A stretch of 32,000 nucleotides of DNA from Candidatus Scalindua sp. (GTDB lineage: Bacteria; Planctomycetota; Brocadiia; Brocadiales; Scalinduaceae). Below the pieces are notes generated by a model. It was not told the DNA's origin, made no database searches, and was given only the letters and a program-made list of their open reading frames with translations. The stretch is taken from contig JALDRA010000001.1 in the NCBI GenBank assembly GCA_031316235.1, positions 3,780,001 through 3,812,000 on the forward strand, written 5' to 3'. This document shows positions 26,266 to 32,000 of the stretch, piece after piece. Both the position numbers and the translations under genes were made by a program. The stretch's first letter is position 1; the number at the start of each line of letters is the position of its first letter.

Positions 26266-27295
26266 TCGAAGCATATCTATTATAATTCCTTGCCGCAATG
26301 AGGAAAAGTTTATTGGAGAATGTCTTAATTCTTTAATTGATAATGCATATGGAGAAAACAGGGTTGAGATTCTGGTTGTAGATGGAATGAGTGATGATGG
26401 TACGAGGGCTATTATTAAAAAATTTTCTGAAATGTATCCATTCATTAAACTCTTTGATAATCCTAAAAGAGTAACACCCGTAGCCCTGAATATCGGCGTA
26501 AGAGCAGCATTGGGAGAGTATGTAACAATTTTAGGAAGTCACTCAAAAGTGGACCATAATTTTATCAAAATCAATATTGATAGTTTATCAAAATTCAATG
26601 TTGATTGTGTTGGTGGCGTATTGGAAACTCTTCCGTCAAACAGTAATCTCATTGCTCAATCAATTGCTTTAGCTACTTCACATATGTTTGGAGTCGGAAA
26701 CGCATATTTCAGGACCGGTGCGGACAAACCCAAACATGTTGATACCGTACCTTTTGGATGCTATAAGAGAGAAGTTTTTGAAAAAATAGGTCTTTTTGAT
26801 GAGGATCTAGTGAGAAACCAAGATGATGAGTTCAACCTGAGATTAATAAAGAATGGAGGTAAGGTACTTCTGGTACCTGGTATCAAGTCTTATTACGTTG
26901 CAAGAGATTCGCTATCTAAACTTTGGAAGATGTATTATCAATATGGCTATTTTAAGCCTTTAGTTGCCAGGAAAGTAGGGGGTGTCCTAACCTGGCGTCA
27001 GCTAATGCCATCCATTTTTATTATCAGTTTAATTACCTTTGGTACTATGTCTTTGTTTGTAAAGTATTGTATATGGCTGTTTTTGTTAATTATTACGCTT
27101 TATTTATTTATTAATTTCGCATTTTCTTTTTCAATCGCCTTGCGAAAAGGTAAAAAAAAGTTTTTTCCTTTAATTATTGTTTTTTCAACTCTTCATTTTA
27201 GTTACGGATTAGGTTATCTAAAAGGCATTTTCGATTTTATCGTTTTTAAAAAATATAAGAAACAGATTATAGTGGATGTCCCGTTGACAAGATAA
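26255..27295 (+). CDS. glycosyltransferase family 2 with C-terminal TM helices (ExoA-like)
   Basis: ISIIIPCRNEEKFIGECLNSL...VVDGMSDDGT, FDEDL, QDDEFNLRL, then two to three hydrophobic helices. The track starts at GTG 26246. ATG 26255 follows AGGTGGGGA, so I prefer it. Overlaps the upstream stop by 11 nt. Confidence 0.85.
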   Translation: MSDNRSISIIIPCRNEEKFIGECLNSLIDNAYGENRVEILVVDGMSDDGTRAIIKKFSEMYPFIKLFDNPKRVTPVALNIGVRAALGEYVTILGSHSKVDHNFIKINIDSLSKFNVDCVGGVLETLPSNSNLIAQSIALATSHMFGVGNAYFRTGADKPKHVDTVPFGCYKREVFEKIGLFDEDLVRNQDDEFNLRLIKNGGKVLLVPGIKSYYVARDSLSKLWKMYYQYGYFKPLVARKVGGVLTWRQLMPSIFIISLITFGTMSLFVKYCIWLFLLIITLYLFINFAFSFSIALRKGKKKFFPLIIVFSTLHFSYGLGYLKGIFDFIVFKKYKKQIIVDVPLTR

Positions 27296-27431
27296 AGCTA
27301 TAGTGGACATTTATTTTTAATTCTACGGTAACTAATAAGTAATATTTTGAATAGATTCTAAACGTTAGGTATCCAGAAAGCATTTTTAAATTTGTTATTC
27401 TTAAGAAAGAAATACATATAAGGATATTTGT

Positions 27432-28076
27432 ATGGTATTTAATGTAGAGCGGGCGGGTTCTGAAAATGTTGGACAGATTAGTACGATTCACTTACAAGCT
27501 TTTCAAGGTGAATTTTTGAGTAGCCTTGGAAAGGGTTTTTTAGATGCGTATTATAAAAACTATCTTTATGGATCTGATCAATTATTACTGGTAGCAAAAG
27601 TACAGGATAAAACAATCGGATTTGTTTCTGGAACGCTTAATTCAGAAAAGTTTTATCAATGTCTGTTTAAAAATAATTTTTTTCTTATAACTAAATTGAC
27701 CTTAAAAAGCTTTTTAGTGAATAAAAACTTTAGAAGCCATATACTCAAAAAACAATATTTTATGAAAAAAGCTATAAAATCAAGGTTTTTAGAGAAAAAA
27801 ACAGATAAAAACAATCAAAAGAAAAAGGATGTAACTAATGGTAAACGTTGCAGCCTCATATCAATCGCCGTACTTGATGAATTTCGCGGTAAAGGTGTTG
27901 CTGTTGATTTAGTTGGAAGATTTGAAGAAGAGATGAAAAAGTTGGGAGCATCAACATGTGCACTTTATGTTAAGAAGGAGAATCTGAGAGGTGTAGGTTT
28001 TTATAAAAAAACAGGTTGGCAAACTTCTCCAACACAAACCAATGACTCTGTAAAGTTTACTAAAGATTTTTGTTAA
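27432..28076 (+). CDS. GNAT-family N-acetyltransferase
   Basis: Motif A IAVLDEFRGKGVAVDLV (R/Q-x-x-G-x-G/A), followed by the GVGFYKKTGW C-terminal motif. An unusually Lys-rich insert (KKTDKNNQKKKD) precedes motif A. Confidence 0.75.
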   Translation: MVFNVERAGSENVGQISTIHLQAFQGEFLSSLGKGFLDAYYKNYLYGSDQLLLVAKVQDKTIGFVSGTLNSEKFYQCLFKNNFFLITKLTLKSFLVNKNFRSHILKKQYFMKKAIKSRFLEKKTDKNNQKKKDVTNGKRCSLISIAVLDEFRGKGVAVDLVGRFEEEMKKLGASTCALYVKKENLRGVGFYKKTGWQTSPTQTNDSVKFTKDFC

Positions 28077-28169
28077 AGATTTAAATAAAATGTTTTGCTC
28101 GATGAGATTAAAGTAAGATTATGATATAGCAATAGTTTCTAAAACTGGTTTCTTGAAAGGCCAAGTAAC

Positions 28170-29363
28170 GTGAAAAATAAAATTATACCATTTACACGCC
28201 CTTTAATAGAAGAGGAAGAAAAAAGAGAGGTACTTGAGGTGCTTGAATCAGGTTGGTTAACCACGGGACCTAAGGTTAAACAATTTGAGCAGGAGTTTTC
28301 TTCATTTATTGGATCTAAGCATGCCATTGCGGTAAATTCCTGTACAGCAGCACTTCATCTTGCACTCGAAGCAATTGGGATAAAAGAAGGAGATGAAGTT
28401 ATTATTCCTCCCATGACCTTTGCTGCTACTGCCGAGGTTGTTCGTTATTTTAATGCAAAACCTGTTATGGTGGACATATTACCTGATACTCTAAATCTAG
28501 ATGCTGAAAAAATAGAATCTGGCAAAGGAAGAAGCTGGACAGAAGATAAAGCAAAGGCTATTATCCCTGTTCATTTTGGGGGTCTTCCTTGTGATATGGA
28601 CGTTGTAATTGAAATTGCGAGAAGATATAATCTGAAGGTTATAGAGGATGCTGCACACACCTTTCCGGCTAAATATAAAGGGAAATTAATAGGAACTATT
28701 GGTGATATCACATGTTTTAGTTTTTATGCCACGAAAACAATAACGACAGGAGAGGGTGGTATGATAACGACTGATAATGATGAATATGCTGATAGAATGC
28801 GGATTATGAGCCTTCATGGAATAAGTCGGGATGCATGGAAGCGCTATACCTCTGAAGGAGGCTGGTATTATGAGATCACGGCTCCTGGATTCAAATACAA
28901 TCTCACTGATTTAGCTGCTGCAGTTGGCATTGCACAACTAAAAAAGTCTGAATCCATGTATATTCGACGACAAAAAATAGCTTTAACGTATAATGAAGCT
29001 TTCAAGGATATATCAGCGATTGATATACCTGAGGTGGGTGGATGTGGATATAGAAACGGTGACACTGTGCATAGTTGGCATTTATATGTTATAAAACTAA
29101 ACCTGGATCAGTTAACTATTGACAGGAATCAGTTCATAGATGAGCTCAAGGAAAAGGGCATAGGTACATCTGTTCATTTCATACCACTGCATATACATCC
29201 ATATTATCGTGACATCTATGGTTATAAGCCTCAGGATTTTCCTGTTGCCTATGAAATATATAAAAGGATTATTTCTCTGCCTATCTACCCTAAAATGACA
29301 GATGAGGATGTTGAAATAGTAGTGGAGGCAGTCAAGGATGTCGTGAATAGGAATAGAAGGTAA
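28170..29363 (+). CDS. DegT/DnrJ/EryC1/StrS-family PLP-dependent sugar aminotransferase
   Basis: IPFTRPLI...EVLESGWLTTGPKVKQFE, AVNSCTAALHLAL, DAAH, and FSFYATKTITTGEGGMITT (PLP Lys). GTG start. Confidence 0.9.
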   Translation: MKNKIIPFTRPLIEEEEKREVLEVLESGWLTTGPKVKQFEQEFSSFIGSKHAIAVNSCTAALHLALEAIGIKEGDEVIIPPMTFAATAEVVRYFNAKPVMVDILPDTLNLDAEKIESGKGRSWTEDKAKAIIPVHFGGLPCDMDVVIEIARRYNLKVIEDAAHTFPAKYKGKLIGTIGDITCFSFYATKTITTGEGGMITTDNDEYADRMRIMSLHGISRDAWKRYTSEGGWYYEITAPGFKYNLTDLAAAVGIAQLKKSESMYIRRQKIALTYNEAFKDISAIDIPEVGGCGYRNGDTVHSWHLYVIKLNLDQLTIDRNQFIDELKEKGIGTSVHFIPLHIHPYYRDIYGYKPQDFPVAYEIYKRIISLPIYPKMTDEDVEIVVEAVKDVVNRNRR

Positions 29364-29537
29364 GGGACCTGAGGTAAATAATTAGTGCAAACAGTAAGAG
29401 TGTGAGGAAAGTGAAGAGATACGTTCATATAAAATTTTGCAGCCTTACATTTGCTCTCTGAATTCTCTCTTCCGCCTCTTAATACTCCATTCTGATAGTT
29501 TTCTCCTACTTACAAATATTACTTTTGCATTGAAATA

Positions 29538-30119
29538 ATGAAACGTATTTTTGACATATTTTTTTCATTTACTGGACTATTATTCCTTCTGCCGTTATTT
29601 GCTGCAGTTGCAATAGTTGTAAAACTTGATAGTAGAGGACCCGGGTTTTTTATGCAGGAGAGAATTGGAAAAAATTTTAAGGTATTCAAAATATATAAAT
29701 TCAGAACAATGACAGTTGATGCAGAGAGTAAAGGTCCGAAAATAACTGTTGGTGGTGATAAACGGATAACAAAAATCGGGAAATTATTAAGAAAATACAA
29801 AATAGATGAACTGCCGCAACTAATAAACGTCCTGAAAGGAGAGATGAGTTTTGTTGGTCCAAGACCGGAAGTTAAGAAATATGTTGATTTGTATAAAACG
29901 GAATATGAAAAACTGCTTAAGGTACGACCTGGTATAACTGACCCGGCATCAATAAAATATTCAAGTGAAGAAATTGTTCTCTCTTTATCAGAAAACTGGG
30001 AGGAAAATTATGTCAAAAGGATACTACCAGAAAAGATTAAGCTTTCCTCACACTATGTAGATAATCACAATCTTCTTACCGATCTGAGATTAATCTTTAC
30101 GACCATTTTCAAAATATAA
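29538..30119 (+). CDS. small monotopic initiating phosphoglycosyltransferase (bacterial sugar transferase, PglC/WcfS-like)
   Basis: KRIFDIFFSFTGLLFLLPLFAAVAIVVKLDSRGPGFF (re-entrant helix), YKFRTM, and DELPQLINVLKGEMSFVGPRP, the family hallmark. The 193-aa size fits the small PGT class. Confidence 0.9.
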   Translation: MKRIFDIFFSFTGLLFLLPLFAAVAIVVKLDSRGPGFFMQERIGKNFKVFKIYKFRTMTVDAESKGPKITVGGDKRITKIGKLLRKYKIDELPQLINVLKGEMSFVGPRPEVKKYVDLYKTEYEKLLKVRPGITDPASIKYSSEEIVLSLSENWEENYVKRILPEKIKLSSHYVDNHNLLTDLRLIFTTIFKI

Positions 30120-30339
30120 TAACTATCCAGGTTGTAACTGATTTAGACAGTCAGGCTAACTGTCGGCGGTCCTATTGACCACAAAACTCCTGTTGTATAT
30201 CGTGAAAGTCACCGTAAATTAGCTGCATAATTCTGTTGATCTTCAGGAGGACACAACAACTCCAGAAAAATTATTTTGTTATTACCTTATTACATAAAAA
30301 CATAACCGAGCAACACTGAAAATCAATAAACTTTTCTTA

Positions 30340-31830
30340 ATGATGGATGGTAAGATGAAGACATGTAAGGGTATAAAATCTATTTCCTTGACAGCTTGTA
30401 TTTTTCTTTTGTTCTCAATATTTACAACCTTAGAAGCATTTGCTGCAGAGTATTATATTGACCCGGTAAGTGGAAAGGATTCTGATACAGGGTTAAGTCA
30501 GGCACTTGCATGGGCAACTATTTCGTATGCTATGGAACAGTTGTCAGCGGGAGATACCCTTTTCCTGATGGATGGAACTTTTACTGAGAGTCTTAATATA
30601 ACAATATCGGGCAAACCGGGTGACCCAATTACGTTCAAAGCTCTTAATGATGGAAAAGTAATAATAGATGGGAAAAATTCCAGGATTCCATTGTTGATTG
30701 AAGGGACTGATGCCAACCATAAAACGTATATTGATGTAGAAGGGATCGTATGCAGAAATTCTAACAGTGATATAGTTCAAATAAAACGGAGTGATAATAT
30801 CAGCATTAAACGGGTATCTGCATATAATGCTGATCCTGACGGAAACTTCGTTGCTTTTTCTATAGCTTATGATTGTACTAATATCCTTGTTGAAGATTGT
30901 GCAGCCTCAGGTACAGGGAGAAAACAGTATAATGCATTTTCAGATAGTAAAGTTACTTTCAGACGATGTTGGGGGAGGTGGATAGACCATCAATGGGGGA
31001 ATTGGAATTCATGTCTGGACATCTATGGGGCTGATGATTGTATAGTTGAGAACTGTATTGTTACTATGGATTCAACAGTAACAAAGAAGGTACATGGTAT
31101 AGAGATAGTCAATCAAAGTAATCCTGACGCAGACAGAAATAAAATTTATGGTAATATAGTCTACGGAATAAACGATTATGGTTATATTGTTGCCAGTGCA
31201 GGAGGGCATCATATAAGAGATAATAAGCATGTCGATAATGTGGCAATTATGGAGGGGAATTCTAAAGGTGGGTTCCTTCTAAAAGCAGATGGTAATTGGA
31301 CAGGAGATAGGTTAACACTTGTCGGCACATCAGATGTTGATTTAGTCAGGGTCGAGGCAAACCCATTTGGAGAAGATCCTGATTTTCAAATCCGAGGGGT
31401 TTTGCGTAATTCCGTTTTGCTTTCAGGTGATGTGGGTATAAAGATTACATCATCACCATTAATCAAATCTTTTACAAATAAATATAATAATCTTTGCAGT
31501 TTAGCAATCCCTTATTCCGGTAGGGCATCGCAGGGTGCAGGTGAAGCGGCTATTAAAGACACAATTCCCAGCTTCGATACAGTAAAATATGGTAAAGGGG
31601 CCTATTTAATCAGACCGGCAAACCTAAAAGGTAAAGGGGAGAACGGAGCAGATATAGGCGCGGAGATATTATATCAATATATCGATGGTATACTACACAG
31701 AGATGATCACCATAGATTATGGCCGTGGCAGATGGAAGATAGAATCTTTGCAGAAACAGGAGTCAGTGTGACCTGGGAAGCGAAGGGAGGTATTTGGAAA
31801 ACATTAAATGGTGTATATCCTGAGAATTAA
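30340..31830 (+). CDS. secreted right-handed parallel beta-helix protein (pectate-lyase-fold; candidate glycan depolymerase/epimerase)
   Basis: Signal peptide ...SLTACIFLLFSIFTTLEAFA|AE. The mature N-terminus YYIDPVSGKDSDTGLSQALAWATISYAMEQLSAGDTLFLMDGTF is the usual cap of beta-helix proteins. Periodic hydrophobic/Asn/Gly-rich (V/I).N(C/S) turns follow. Alternative starts at 30343 and 30355. Confidence 0.65.
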   Translation: MMDGKMKTCKGIKSISLTACIFLLFSIFTTLEAFAAEYYIDPVSGKDSDTGLSQALAWATISYAMEQLSAGDTLFLMDGTFTESLNITISGKPGDPITFKALNDGKVIIDGKNSRIPLLIEGTDANHKTYIDVEGIVCRNSNSDIVQIKRSDNISIKRVSAYNADPDGNFVAFSIAYDCTNILVEDCAASGTGRKQYNAFSDSKVTFRRCWGRWIDHQWGNWNSCLDIYGADDCIVENCIVTMDSTVTKKVHGIEIVNQSNPDADRNKIYGNIVYGINDYGYIVASAGGHHIRDNKHVDNVAIMEGNSKGGFLLKADGNWTGDRLTLVGTSDVDLVRVEANPFGEDPDFQIRGVLRNSVLLSGDVGIKITSSPLIKSFTNKYNNLCSLAIPYSGRASQGAGEAAIKDTIPSFDTVKYGKGAYLIRPANLKGKGENGADIGAEILYQYIDGILHRDDHHRLWPWQMEDRIFAETGVSVTWEAKGGIWKTLNGVYPEN

Positions 31831-32000
31831 ATCATTCAAACCGAGATTGTCTCTATTGCATAAATTAATCCACTCCAACATCCTTTTTACTTCACAATGT
31901 GTGTGTCCTTTTTTATATACTTTAGTCTTCCTGCTTATTTTTACCCTGGGATAGATTGCCCGTAATCCCATTTGACACATGTATGCCTGAACTCTCACTC
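31804..32000 (-). mobile_element. possible IS3-family transposase (OrfB) fragment, open at the window edge
   Basis: The minus-strand frame reads ..RVQAYMCQMGLRAIYPRVKISRKTKVYKKGH.., resembling the (K)RV.RLMR.MGL.AIYPK....S.....H(KIYPYLL) stretch of IS3 OrfB proteins. Similarity is lost after GH, and the frame then runs into the 3' end of the beta-helix gene. Confidence 0.3.

Noticed and set aside
27432-30119. Calling the module a canonical bacillosamine (pglFEDC) pathway and using pgl gene symbols
   Set aside because: The acetyltransferase is a GNAT rather than a PglD-type hexapeptide-repeat enzyme, and no PglF-type dehydratase is present in the window. Only the generic families are supportable.
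30146-30164. Hairpin GACAGT-N7-ACTGTC after the PGT gene
   Set aside because: The stem is 6 bp and is followed by GGCGGTCC rather than a T-run. This is within chance expectation.
383-31998. All minus-strand track ORFs of 60-147 aa (e.g. 383..571, 1598..1843, 4708..4902, 6800..7090, 7146..7436, 9240..9656, 11999..12367, 13234..13485, 13613..13867, 13912..14175, 14120..14563, 15181..15423, 18063..18278, 18543..18746, 21863..22069, 23480..23839, 26242..26445, 28868..29065, 29519..29800, 30498..30780)
   Set aside because: Each lies antisense inside, or across the ends of, a + strand gene with clear family motifs. Their translations are low-complexity or hydrophobic 'shadow' sequences with no motifs and no RBS. 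The only minus-strand frame kept is the window-edge IS3-like fragment, and it is kept at low confidence.
1-32000. tRNA, rRNA, CRISPR arrays, prophage or defence-system genes
   Set aside because: None was recognised on either strand. Intergenic gaps are short except at 5.5-5.9 kb and 16.4-16.9 kb, and both of those are accounted for above.

Overview
The window is a roughly 32 kb surface-glycan (O-antigen/EPS-type) biosynthesis locus in which every credible gene lies on the + strand. I made all family calls by eye from motifs in the supplied translations. No searches were run, so treat them as hypotheses of graded strength.

Gene content, in order:
- a 5'-truncated radical SAM gene
- wzm/wzt ABC glycan exporter genes; Wzt carries a long C-terminal extension
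- sulfotransferase #1
- an APH/LPS-kinase-like protein
- a degraded segment (5.5-9.0 kb) holding a gene remnant and a multiply frameshifted secreted alkaline phosphatase fused to cadherin-like domains and a repeated ~98-aa module
- a GT2, sulfotransferase #2, and two WcaL-like GT4 paralogs flanking a 567-aa unknown protein
- a SAM methyltransferase
- a ~490-nt leader
- a CE4 deacetylase, an O-antigen-ligase/Wzy_C-like membrane protein, an asparagine-synthase-like amidotransferase without the Cys nucleophile, two GT4s, and a FemAB-like acyltransferase
- two overlapping unknowns (one methyltransferase-fold-like, one CE4-like)
- an ExoA-like GT2, a GNAT, a DegT-type aminotransferase, and a small PglC-like initiating phosphoglycosyltransferase
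- a secreted beta-helix protein
- a possible IS3 transposase remnant at the right edge

Non-coding signals worth follow-up:
- a ~112-bp structured intergenic repeat present three times, one copy inverted and degenerate
- an exact ops core (GGCGGTAG) in the long leader, plus a 7/8 relative upstream of wzm

I saw no tRNA, rRNA or CRISPR. The organism cannot be determined from this window. Shine-Dalgarno-like sequences are used, and the wzm/wzt plus ligase-like genes suggest a diderm.
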